From: Variovorax sp. V213
GTDB taxonomy: Bacteria; Pseudomonadota; Gammaproteobacteria; Burkholderiales; Burkholderiaceae_C
NCBI RefSeq assembly: GCF_041154455.1
Contig: NZ_AP028664.1
Location: 1,915,935-1,947,934, forward strand
Direction of reading: 5' to 3'
DNA: 32,000 bases
Below are positions 8,901 to 16,183 of the stretch, one piece after another. Position numbers and translations under genes: made by a program. The notes beneath the pieces are model-generated. The model was not told where the DNA came from, did no database searches, and saw only the letters and a program-made list of their open reading frames with translations. Position 1 is the stretch's first letter. Each line of letters starts with the position of its first letter.

Positions 8901-9184
8901 TCGGAAATCTCATCCATGAGGCTTGCGACGGCAAACGCATGCCCCGCATCTGCTGAAACGCGATTAACCGCGGCTGCATCGGTGCCGGCAAGCAGGATGT
9001 GTGACGCTACGCATGAGTGCAGCATGTAGATCACATTAGAAAAGTCGAGCCCAGTTTTCGCGCTCAGGCTCCTAACCGCGCCGATGCAAACTTGGCGCAT
9101 CATCGCCAAGTTGCAAACGTCGGCCCCATGAGCGGCGGCTAGCTCTTCAATGAGGCCACCAAGTTCCCTGTTTCCGATCACCAT
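8897..9184 (-). CDS. hypothetical protein (95 aa), translationally coupled to the excisionase-like gene
   Basis: ORF 8897..9373 in the track. The internal ATG at 9184 (MVIGNRELGGLIEELAAAHG...) is preferred because the upstream part (RIRFVPSSISPYASP...) overlaps the divergent promoter region. No recognisable domain. Confidence 0.5.
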   Translation of the reverse strand: MVIGNRELGGLIEELAAAHGADVCNLAMMRQVCIGAVRSLSAKTGLDFSNVIYMLHSCVASHILLAGTDAAAVNRVSADAGHAFAVASLMDEISE

Positions 9185-9287
9185 TACTGGCGCTCCAAGT
9201 TGGTTGCTGATGGGTGAAGCGTAGGGAGAGATTGAAGAAGGAACAAACCGGATACGGCGTGTCGCACTCTGGAAATAGGGCCTTATC

Positions 9288-9302
9288 CTGTTTGCGAAAC
9301 AG
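9288..9302. promoter_or_regulatory. perfect 6-3-6 palindrome CTGTTTgcgAAACAG, candidate operator
   Basis: Read directly. It sits in the 133-bp divergent region between the genes starting at 9184 (minus) and 9318 (plus), and ends 1 nt before the AAAGGAG SD of the plus-strand gene. Confidence 0.35.
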
Positions 9303-9317
9303 CAAAGGAGAAGACCA

Positions 9318-9620
9318 ATGTGGACAATCGCAGCGCGCGTTGAGCCGAATCGCGGTGGCTCGTCGGCTCGCAAGTTTCGCCTTTACGCCCTGCCTGGGCA
9401 GCCCGTGAGTGACGATGTTCCGATCTCGTGTCCTGTCGATGAGCGCCATAACGGGCGCTTCTACTTGGTCAACGTGGCGATGACCGCTGCAAGTCCAAAC
9501 ATGAGGTCCTACCCTTATGTGCTGAACATGAAAACGATTGCGATGACCCTCATTGAACAAGGGGCCGCGCTCGCCCACGTTCAGAAGACGTTTGGCGACA
9601 AGCGGCCGCGAAGGAAATAG
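9318..9620 (+). CDS. hypothetical small protein (100 aa), possible regulator
   Basis: ATG at 9318 preceded by AAAGGAG (9304-9310, 7-nt spacing). The sequence looks protein-like (…FRLYALPGQPVSDDVPISCPVDERHNGRFYLVNV…KTIAMTLIEQGAALAHVQKTFG). It converges on the tape-measure gene stop with a 6-bp gap. Confidence 0.6.
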   Translation: MWTIAARVEPNRGGSSARKFRLYALPGQPVSDDVPISCPVDERHNGRFYLVNVAMTAASPNMRSYPYVLNMKTIAMTLIEQGAALAHVQKTFGDKRPRRK

Positions 9621-9626
9621 TCGAGC

Positions 9627-12602
9627 TCATCGCGTCACGCGCTTCGACAGGTTCGTGAGCGTCTTGGTGAAGCGCGCGGCTTCTTCTTCGGACGCCATGC
9701 CGAACTGTTCGCGGCTGCCGTCCGGGAACTTGAAGTCCACGGTGTGTCGGCTGTCCGCCGCGCCCTGTTGCGCAGGGGCCGACGCGCTGGACTGCTGATG
9801 GTTGCCGGCGCCGAATGTCACGCTCTCCGCAGCCTTGAGCAGTGCCGTGTTCAGGGTGCTCCCGTCCCCGCCGTACTTCTTCTGGCCGGGGTTGTTGAAA
9901 AACGGGATGTCGCCTCGGCTGTCGGCAAATTCGTTTGTGATGCGCCGTGCTTGCGCGTCATCCGTGACACCCGCGGCCTTGAGAAATTCAAGGACGCTCG
10001 TACGCGTGGCCCCGCCTGCGTTGATCGTGTTTCCCGCCTTGTCCAGGCTGAAACCATTTTTGTCGACGCCCTTGCGTCGGTTCTCCAGCGCAAGTTGTCG
10101 CTCGGCCAGGTCGAGGGCCTTTTCTTGCGCCGAGATGCTCGCCTCCAGTGCAGCGGTGCGCGCCTGTTCGCTGTTGGCAAGGCTGCGAATCTTGTCGGCC
10201 AGGATGTCGGCCTTCTGAGCTTCCAGGTCCTTGAGGTCGGCACTGCGTCGGGCCGCGTCGATCTCGGCCAGCTTCGACGCCGTGAGTTCTCCGGTAGCGC
10301 GAAGCTCGTTTTCCCGTGCGTCGGCCGCATCGTGGATTGCCTGCGCTTCCCGCCGGGCACTGGCGGCGGCTTCGTCGGCTGCACGGGCCTGCAGCGCCGT
10401 CGCTTGCATCTGTGCCTGTGTGGCGGCCGTGGCGTCGCCATTGGCCTGTGCCACCTCGCGCATGGCGTTGGCCCGCTCGATGTCCACGCTGATTGCCGAC
10501 TGCGTGACTTGCCCGGATCGTTGCTCGGCCTGCACCTTGCGCTGCGCCGCGTCGGTGGCATCGCGTAAGGCGTCGCGATAGAGGGCCGTCGCGCTGGCGG
10601 CGCGTGCCTGCGCTGCGGCCACGTCGTCACTCGATGCCTTGCCCTTCTTCTGCGCTTCGACCAGGCGTTCCACTTCGCGGGCTGCCTCGGCCGCTGCGCC
10701 GCGCAGTTCGTAGACTCGCGCGGCGTTGTCCTTGTACGCCTCCGCGGCTGCCTGTGCCGCGGCCACCTCAACCTGTTTGGATCGCGCGCCGGCAATCGCC
10801 TGATCGGCTTCGGCGCGCTTGGCATCGGCGGACTGCTGCGCTGCTTTGATCTGGTCCTGCGTGGCGCGGGTGGTGTCCCGGCGCTGCAGCGCCTCTTCCT
10901 GCAATCGCAGGCTGTAGCTCTGCGCGATGATCGCCTCGGCGTTGCGCGCGTCGGCCAGGTCCTTTGAGGCTCGCGCCTGCACACTTGCCGCCTCGGCCGC
11001 GGCCTGCCGGCGCTCCGCCTCGGTGCCGTAGATGCTGACCAGCGAGGTGAGCGTCGCGGCTTCGGCCTGGCGCGCTGCTGCGCTCTTCGTCATCAGGTCG
11101 GTGTACTGTGCAGCACCCTTGATTAGTTCGCCGTAGGAGGCGCGCACGGCCAGGTTCGAGGTCGTGTGTCGCTCTTGCGCGGCAATGGCGTTGTCGACGG
11201 CGCGCACCTGCGCCTGCGTGGCTTGCGTCGCGCCGTCCAACGCCTTTGTGATCAGGCCGGCGGCTTCGGCCGCCTGAGTCAGTTCACGGTCGTACTTCGC
11301 GTTGAGCGCGGCCGCCTGCTGCAGGTCGAAATTACCGGTGCGCACTGCGGCGGCAAATTCGCCAATGGCCGTGCCCGCCACGTCGGCCGCGTTGCTGAGC
11401 CCGCGGACGCCAAGGGCCGCCCACGCTAGGCCCTTCGCGATCCCCTTCGAAGCGCCACCTTCGCCGATGGCGTTGGCAGTGTCTGCCATGACATTCTTCA
11501 AGCGCGCCCACTCGGAGTAAATTGTCTGCGGCGGGACAGCGTTGGCATAGAGCTCGTTGAGCCCCGAGGTCAGGGCGGGCAACAGGTCTTTTGCAAGGGC
11601 TTGTCCTGCCTCGACCATATTGGTGAGCCCTTCCACCGTCATGCCGGCACCCTTTGCGGCTGCCTCCATGGCGCCAGGGAGTGCCTCGCCGAGTTGTCCG
11701 CGCAGTTCCTCCATGGAAACGGTGCCCTTGGAGGCCATCTGACTGATGGCTGTCAAAGCTTGATCGGTCTGTGCGCTGCTCTTGCCCAGGGAAGACATGG
11801 CGCGAGCAGTTGCCTCGAAAACCGCTCGCGTAGCTTCGCCTTCTATCGCGGTGCCCTTCGTCGCGGCCGCCAGCGATGTATAGGAGCGCGCCAGCGCCTG
11901 CGATTCAATGCCGAGTTTGTTCGCCGTGGTGCGCACAAACTCCATCTCATGCGCGGCGCGTTCTGCGCTCCCGAAGATGGCTTGAAATGAAAGGGCAAGT
12001 TGCTGCTGCTCAGCGATGGTTTGCACGAACTGCTGCGCGCCGAAGGCTGCAGCCATCGCGGACACCAGGGGGCGCAGTGCACCGACTGCGTCGTCGGACA
12101 CCTTGCGCAGGCCGCCCACGCTGTCACTCGCCGCCTTTGTGGCCTTGACCACGGCCGTTGCCTGGGTGGCGAGTTCCTTTTCGGCGGCTGCGGCCTTCGC
12201 GGTTTCCCCTGCAATCTTGGTGAGCTCTTCCTTTTTCGCCCGTAGGGCGATGCCCTCGTCGTGAATTGCCAAGCGGGCGGCTTGTACCTGCGCTTTGTAG
12301 TCCGCGGTCTTCTTCGTCGCTGCATCGGTCTCGATGCCCGATCGCCTCAATGCATCCGTCTGCTGTTGGATGCCGGTTTTGGTCTGCGCGATGTTCGCGA
12401 CGAGCGCTTTCTCTGCTTCGCGCAGGCGAAGTGTTTCCGCTGCGGCTTTATCCATGTCGTCGGCGAGACGCTGGAATGCTGGTGCGGCATCGCCACCGGC
12501 CTTCGCCAGGTCTCGCACCTGAGCCTGCAGGTCCTTGACCCCTTGGCTGCCGTCGGTCGTTACCTTGATGCCGAGCTCGACATCGCGTTTATTCGTCGCC
12601 AT
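9627..12602 (-). CDS. phage tail tape-measure-domain protein (~991 aa)
   Basis: ORF 9627..12653 in the track. The ATG at 12602 (MATNKRDVELGIKV) is preferred because AGGA lies 7 nt upstream. A tape-measure signature is read directly: GKSSAQTDQALTAISQMASKGTVSMEELRGQLGEALPGAMEAAAKGAGMTVEGLTNMVEAGQALAKDLLPALTSGL. The C-terminal ~500 aa are an Ala/Gln/Glu/Arg-rich predicted coiled coil, as is typical of TMPs. Confidence 0.85.
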   Translation of the reverse strand: MATNKRDVELGIKVTTDGSQGVKDLQAQVRDLAKAGGDAAPAFQRLADDMDKAAAETLRLREAEKALVANIAQTKTGIQQQTDALRRSGIETDAATKKTADYKAQVQAARLAIHDEGIALRAKKEELTKIAGETAKAAAAEKELATQATAVVKATKAASDSVGGLRKVSDDAVGALRPLVSAMAAAFGAQQFVQTIAEQQQLALSFQAIFGSAERAAHEMEFVRTTANKLGIESQALARSYTSLAAATKGTAIEGEATRAVFEATARAMSSLGKSSAQTDQALTAISQMASKGTVSMEELRGQLGEALPGAMEAAAKGAGMTVEGLTNMVEAGQALAKDLLPALTSGLNELYANAVPPQTIYSEWARLKNVMADTANAIGEGGASKGIAKGLAWAALGVRGLSNAADVAGTAIGEFAAAVRTGNFDLQQAAALNAKYDRELTQAAEAAGLITKALDGATQATQAQVRAVDNAIAAQERHTTSNLAVRASYGELIKGAAQYTDLMTKSAAARQAEAATLTSLVSIYGTEAERRQAAAEAASVQARASKDLADARNAEAIIAQSYSLRLQEEALQRRDTTRATQDQIKAAQQSADAKRAEADQAIAGARSKQVEVAAAQAAAEAYKDNAARVYELRGAAAEAAREVERLVEAQKKGKASSDDVAAAQARAASATALYRDALRDATDAAQRKVQAEQRSGQVTQSAISVDIERANAMREVAQANGDATAATQAQMQATALQARAADEAAASARREAQAIHDAADARENELRATGELTASKLAEIDAARRSADLKDLEAQKADILADKIRSLANSEQARTAALEASISAQEKALDLAERQLALENRRKGVDKNGFSLDKAGNTINAGGATRTSVLEFLKAAGVTDDAQARRITNEFADSRGDIPFFNNPGQKKYGGDGSTLNTALLKAAESVTFGAGNHQQSSASAPAQQGAADSRHTVDFKFPDGSREQFGMASEEEAARFTKTLTNLSKRVTR

Positions 12603-12610
12603 TGGAATTC

Positions 12611-12910
12611 CTAGATCGGTGTGTTGCGATGAGCAGGGCGTGCCCGCTTCCAAGCTGTGATGCCCGCCTCTGCGCGCGGCGGTGCTCCGTAGAGGTCATC
12701 CCATGTCACGGCTGAGATGTCCTCGACGCGCAGGTCGATCGACGCGGGGCCGCCCTTCAGGCGCCAGACCCCGCCGAGTCGATAGACCCGAATCTCCAGC
12801 GTGGTGCAGCGGGCCAGGGCGGGCGCGTGGGGTGCGAGCAGAGGACTCGACTCGGCATCAGACCAGCGCACGCGGCGCGGCTCGTCGGTGTCGAATCGGT
12901 CTTTCTTCAT
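12611..12910 (-). CDS. hypothetical protein (99 aa) immediately upstream of the tape-measure gene
   Basis: ATGA overlap with the upstream gene (12907-12910). Its stop lies 8 nt before the TMP ATG. It is in the -1 frame relative to the upstream ORF. Confidence 0.6.
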   Translation of the reverse strand: MKKDRFDTDEPRRVRWSDAESSPLLAPHAPALARCTTLEIRVYRLGGVWRLKGGPASIDLRVEDISAVTWDDLYGAPPRAEAGITAWKRARPAHRNTPI

Positions 12911-13359
12911 CGCTCGTGCAGTTTTCTTTCGAGCGTCTTCACCTTTGCGGTGAGCACCGCAATGGCCTCGGCCTTAGCTTTCCGCTCTGCGTAGAACTGG
13001 CGTGCCATCTCGTCGATGGTGGACACGTTCGGGGCTTCGACTTGGCTTAGGAAACTGTCCACGTGCGCAGATTCGTCCCATTGCGCCAACTTGCTCAGGA
13101 CGGCGGCCCGGTAAGCCTCCACGGCCGCACCGCTCTTCACGGCTTGGGCCATCTCGATCTCGGGATTGATGCCGTGTTCCTTGTAAGCCGAAGCGGCGAC
13201 CTTGAAGATGCCGCAGATTTCAGATGCACGGGCCACGGCCGCGCGCGCGTTGTCGGGCGTGTCCAGGTTGACGGAGTCGCTGAACAATAGCGCTTGCACG
13301 ACGCGGGCGGGGAGCTTCGCCGCGGCTGCGAGTTCGATGGTCAGAGAGGCCTGGATCAT
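12907..13359 (-). CDS. hypothetical helical protein (150 aa), in the tail-assembly-chaperone position
   Basis: ATGA overlap with the upstream gene (13356-13359). The C terminus is a coiled coil (AERKAKAEAIAVLTAKVKTLERKLHER). GC3-rich codon usage. Confidence 0.7.
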   Translation of the reverse strand: MIQASLTIELAAAAKLPARVVQALLFSDSVNLDTPDNARAAVARASEICGIFKVAASAYKEHGINPEIEMAQAVKSGAAVEAYRAAVLSKLAQWDESAHVDSFLSQVEAPNVSTIDEMARQFYAERKAKAEAIAVLTAKVKTLERKLHER

Positions 13360-13850
13360 GCCGACACCTCCGCATCGAGCACGACAACCGGGTTTGCATC
13401 AGATCGGCGCAGCACGTCGCCGCCCGTGGCCTCGATCTCGCGAATCAACGTCTCTTCTGCGCGTTCGAGTTGCAGGAGCTCTGCGTCCAGGGCCTCCAGG
13501 CGCGCGGCGCGGTCGGGCTTTGCGAGGGTGTCGCCGTCGTTGAGGTGGCGCGTGAGCGCGGACAGGACGGCATCCACACCGAGCAGCGGGACGAGCAAGT
13601 CGCCGAGGTTCGCCGTGCGATCGACGTGCACGGTGAAGAACTGGCCGGGTTGCCCGGTCAGGACAGTCGACCACGCGTGTTGTGCTGCGCGCGCTCCGCG
13701 TTCCTCGTGCGCGACCAGCGTGGCGCGCACTTTCGCGACTGCTTCATCGCGAGATAGTTCGAACTGCGCGATGGTGGCGCGCTCGGCCAGCTTGGTGATG
13801 CGCTGCGCGCGAACGGCAGCCAGCTTTTCGAGAGATGTTTTCGGGGTCAT
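13356..13850 (-). CDS. hypothetical protein (164 aa)
   Basis: ATG at 13850 preceded by GAGAGG. GC3-rich frame. No recognisable domain. Confidence 0.7.
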   Translation of the reverse strand: MTPKTSLEKLAAVRAQRITKLAERATIAQFELSRDEAVAKVRATLVAHEERGARAAQHAWSTVLTGQPGQFFTVHVDRTANLGDLLVPLLGVDAVLSALTRHLNDGDTLAKPDRAARLEALDAELLQLERAEETLIREIEATGGDVLRRSDANPVVVLDAEVSA

Positions 13851-13865
13851 CGGGTGCCTCTCTGT

Positions 13866-14243
13866 TTACTGAATGAAAGCTTCGAGGCGCTCGATGAGCG
13901 CCGATTGCTGCTTGCTGCGCTCGGACGTGCGAGCAGCGTCTGCCGCTGCGTAGTCGAGTTGCTCCAGCAGCCCGACCAGTTCGCGCAACACCACCGGGCG
14001 GATGCCGATGGCCTCCAAGTCGGGCGTCTTGTCCAACAGGTTTTGCAACCAAGCGCGATCGCATCTGAGATTCCAGGCTGCTTCGGTGTCATGCGGATGC
14101 ATCTGACAATTGCGCCGTGTTGAAGCCACCGCCCGCCGTATCTCAACAAGCGCATCGGACGCTGCCAGTGCGACAAGGCGTGCACTATCGGCCTGCGCAG
14201 CGAGCCGTGCAAACCGCGAACGGTCGTAGATCAATTTCTTCAT
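13866..14243 (-). CDS. hypothetical helical protein (125 aa)
   Basis: ATGA overlap with the upstream gene (14240-14243). No recognisable domain. Confidence 0.65.
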   Translation of the reverse strand: MKKLIYDRSRFARLAAQADSARLVALAASDALVEIRRAVASTRRNCQMHPHDTEAAWNLRCDRAWLQNLLDKTPDLEAIGIRPVVLRELVGLLEQLDYAAADAARTSERSKQQSALIERLEAFIQ

Positions 14244-14515
14244 TGGCTGTCCTTTTGTGCATTGCGCTTGTTCCAGTAGTCGGCTGCGACAACTGCCATG
14301 GTCTTCGTGTTTTTTCCGCGAGCGTCGAGGCGAGCCAGGGCATCGGACATGCGAATGCCGGCTACTGGGTTGGCGGTCTGCTTCTTTTCTTCAAGCGCTC
14401 GCCGGCACTCGGTGCCGTACTTCACGACGGCAGGGGCATCGACGAATTGGTCGGCCGTGAGCGTGCCCTTGGCGAGCGCGTCGAGCGCTGCGCTCAGGTC
14501 CTTCGGCGTGCTCAT
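14240..14515 (-). CDS. hypothetical protein (91 aa)
   Basis: ORF 14240..14572 in the track. The ATG at 14515 (MSTPKDL...) forms an ATGA overlap with the upstream stop (14512-14515). Confidence 0.65.
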   Translation of the reverse strand: MSTPKDLSAALDALAKGTLTADQFVDAPAVVKYGTECRRALEEKKQTANPVAGIRMSDALARLDARGKNTKTMAVVAADYWNKRNAQKDSQ

Positions 14516-14769
14516 GGCTGCGCCTCCTGAAGCTCCAAAATTTTCGCGGCACCCTCGGGCGTAGCAAGCCATGCTTCTAGATCATGTCCGTTGACCAATC
14601 CATCTGTGGCGAGCAATCGCACGGGGTCAACAGGAATCGGGTGGGTGCGCCCTGGAATTTCTTGGGACGCAATCCCCTCGGCTAGCTGAGCCGGCGTGAT
14701 ACCTGCAACTCGGGCCGCAACATGCAGTTTCCAATTCTTGATGCCGCTGTTATCGACGCGGATGGTCAT
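14512..14769 (-). CDS. hypothetical small protein (85 aa), possible HTH
   Basis: ORF 14512..14940 in the track. The ATG at 14769 (MTIRVDNSGIKNWKLHVAARVAGITPAQLAEGI...) forms an ATGA overlap with the upstream stop (14766-14769). The longer N-terminal extension is an Arg/Ser/Pro-rich off-frame overlap. Confidence 0.65.
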   Translation of the reverse strand: MTIRVDNSGIKNWKLHVAARVAGITPAQLAEGIASQEIPGRTHPIPVDPVRLLATDGLVNGHDLEAWLATPEGAAKILELQEAQP

Positions 14770-14999
14770 CGCGCACCCCCGCGGACAAGTTGCACTACGT
14801 CGGCGGCGTTCACAAAACGCATGCCGCGATCGTTGGGACGCAGGGTGCGAACGGGACTCGGGAAGGTGTTGTCGAGCGCGCCGCGCCAGAGCAGTTCCGG
14901 AGGGATGCCGAGAATTTTGGCCGCTGCCGGCAGGCGCCAATAGCCGGGCGACGACGGAGCGGGCGTCTCGGCCAGTTCGTTGAAGGAATCGGAATTCAT
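14766..14999 (-). CDS. small HTH DNA-binding protein (AlpA/excisionase/MerR-like), first gene of the coupled operon
   Basis: ORF 14766..15014 in the track (TTG). The ATG at 14999 (MNSDSF...) is used here. YWRLPAAAKILGIPPELLWRGALDNTFP resembles an AlpA/excisionase-type HTH. No clear SD for either start. Confidence 0.6.
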   Translation of the reverse strand: MNSDSFNELAETPAPSSPGYWRLPAAAKILGIPPELLWRGALDNTFPSPVRTLRPNDRGMRFVNAADVVQLVRGGAR

Positions 15000-15186
15000 C
15001 TGAAGATCACACAAAGTTGCGATCTAGGCACTTTGCCGGCATCACGGCCCAAATGCCTGCGGATGAATTTCGGGACATGCTCAAATGATCAACGAGGAGT
15101 GCGGGCGAAAGGAGATGTCGGGTTTACTCCGGGAAGAAGGTCCCGAACGCACGATAAGCTGCAGCCTCCACAACGAGGAGTGAGAT

Positions 15187-15432
15187 ATGGCTTGGCACAT
15201 CGAGGGTTCGAAGTTGGTGAAGAGTGATGGAAAAGGAGTCCATTGGACTACGACCTATGGCCCTGGGGATGACGTACCCGTCTCGGGTATCTACCTCTGT
15301 CTCGGGTGCGGAAAGGAAGTCACTTGCAATCAGCCAGATAAATTCCCGCCTCAAAACAAGCATCAGCACACGGCGGCGGAGGGCAACATCCGATGGAAGC
15401 TGAATATCCGCACTAACACCGAAGGCGCATAG
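15187..15432 (+). CDS. small zinc-ribbon-like protein (81 aa), opposite orientation to its neighbours
   Basis: ATG at 15187 preceded by GAGGAG (15175-15180, 6-nt spacing). Contains GIYLCLGCGKEVTC plus downstream HQH. G+C is lower than its surroundings. Confidence 0.6.
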   Translation: MAWHIEGSKLVKSDGKGVHWTTTYGPGDDVPVSGIYLCLGCGKEVTCNQPDKFPPQNKHQHTAAEGNIRWKLNIRTNTEGA

Positions 15433-15471
15433 CCCGAGGTAGAAAATGAAATATCTGCAGAGCCTTGCGCA

Positions 15472-15491
15472 AATCTTGATTCATCAAGATT
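15472..15491. promoter_or_regulatory. 20-bp AT-rich palindrome AATCTTGAT-tc-ATCAAGATT (operator or weak bidirectional hairpin)
   Basis: 9-bp perfect arms read directly. It lies in the convergent gap between the gene ends at 15432 (plus) and 15619 (minus). No U-tract on either strand. Confidence 0.3.
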
Positions 15492-15618
15492 GAAAATTCG
15501 AAAAACGGGCGATCACCGCGCCTCTTCGACCCCGCGCGGCTGCCGGAATCACCAGGGTCCCCGGCGATCTGCCGCACGTCGGTACAACTGCTCAAACCAT
15601 GCGGGGCGCTGCGTGGTT

Positions 15619-15930
15619 TCACAGGCGCGACAACCTATGTTGCTCAGCGTCGAGCCGAATGCCGATGAACCAGAGGCGCGCATTCGCCTGCTCGGTGGTC
15701 TCAGCTCTTGCTGCGATCCAGCCTACCGACGGTCGCGCGGCCGATGCGACCGTCACCCAGTCGTCGGGCGTCAGGTCCGACACAGGCGCAGCGCGCGCAT
15801 ACAGCGCGATGGCTGACGCCTCGCACCATTCAGTAGGCACGCGGCTTACGTCTGCGGTCAGCAGTGTTTGCAGCGCGATACGCGCGGCGCGGGGCGAGAG
15901 GCGCGCTGCAGCATCCAAGTAATCAGACAT
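15619..15930 (-). CDS. hypothetical protein (103 aa)
   Basis: ORF 15619..15978 in the track. The ATG at 15930 (MSDYLDAAARL...) overlaps the upstream stop by 8 nt (ATGTCTGA). Confidence 0.6.
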   Translation of the reverse strand: MSDYLDAAARLSPRAARIALQTLLTADVSRVPTEWCEASAIALYARAAPVSDLTPDDWVTVASAARPSVGWIAARAETTEQANARLWFIGIRLDAEQHRLSRL

Positions 15931-16183
15931 TCGACACCCCCATGGTCGGTGCACGTTCGCTAGCCAGTTGCTGCACACGCCGCAAGGTCACACCGAGGCG
16001 CGCGGCAATGGCAGGATATGGCACGCCCTCGGCCAGCAGACGCGCGACGCTCTCGCGCCGACGTGCGGCCGTCGTGGTGCGGATGGCGGGGACGCGGATC
16101 GTCTGTCCAGCGAGCTCGCGAGTGATTCGAGCCACCAGGGCAGGGCCGCAGATGCGGAGCAGCGTTTCTTGGACATCGGTCAT
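15923..16183 (-). CDS. small HTH protein (sigma-70 region-4-like / Mor-like C-terminal HTH), 86 aa
   Basis: ATG at 16183 preceded by AAGGAAA. RRESVARLLAEGVPYPAIAARLGVTLRRVQQL is a typical HTH. Confidence 0.7.
   Translation of the reverse strand: MTDVQETLLRICGPALVARITRELAGQTIRVPAIRTTTAARRRESVARLLAEGVPYPAIAARLGVTLRRVQQLASERAPTMGVSNV

Noticed and set aside
9147-9578. 143-aa minus-strand ORF
   Set aside because: It spans the divergent promoter region and runs antisense to the strong-SD plus-strand gene. The composition (His/Arg/Cys/Trp-rich) is implausible.
9744-10984. 274-aa plus-strand and 377-aa minus-strand off-frame ORFs inside the tape-measure gene
   Set aside because: These are off-frame or antisense products of a long GC-rich coiled-coil gene. 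They are Arg/Pro-rich low-complexity sequence.
12908-12975. Search for a canonical -1 slippery heptamer in the overlap of the two pre-TMP ORFs
   Set aside because: No X-XXY-YYZ heptamer was found in the zero frame. The only A-rich stretch (GAAAGAAAAC) is not in a slip-compatible register.
15124-15369. 81-aa minus-strand ORF opposite the zinc-ribbon gene
   Set aside because: It has no SD. The plus-strand ORF has GAGGAG at ideal spacing and a more protein-like sequence.
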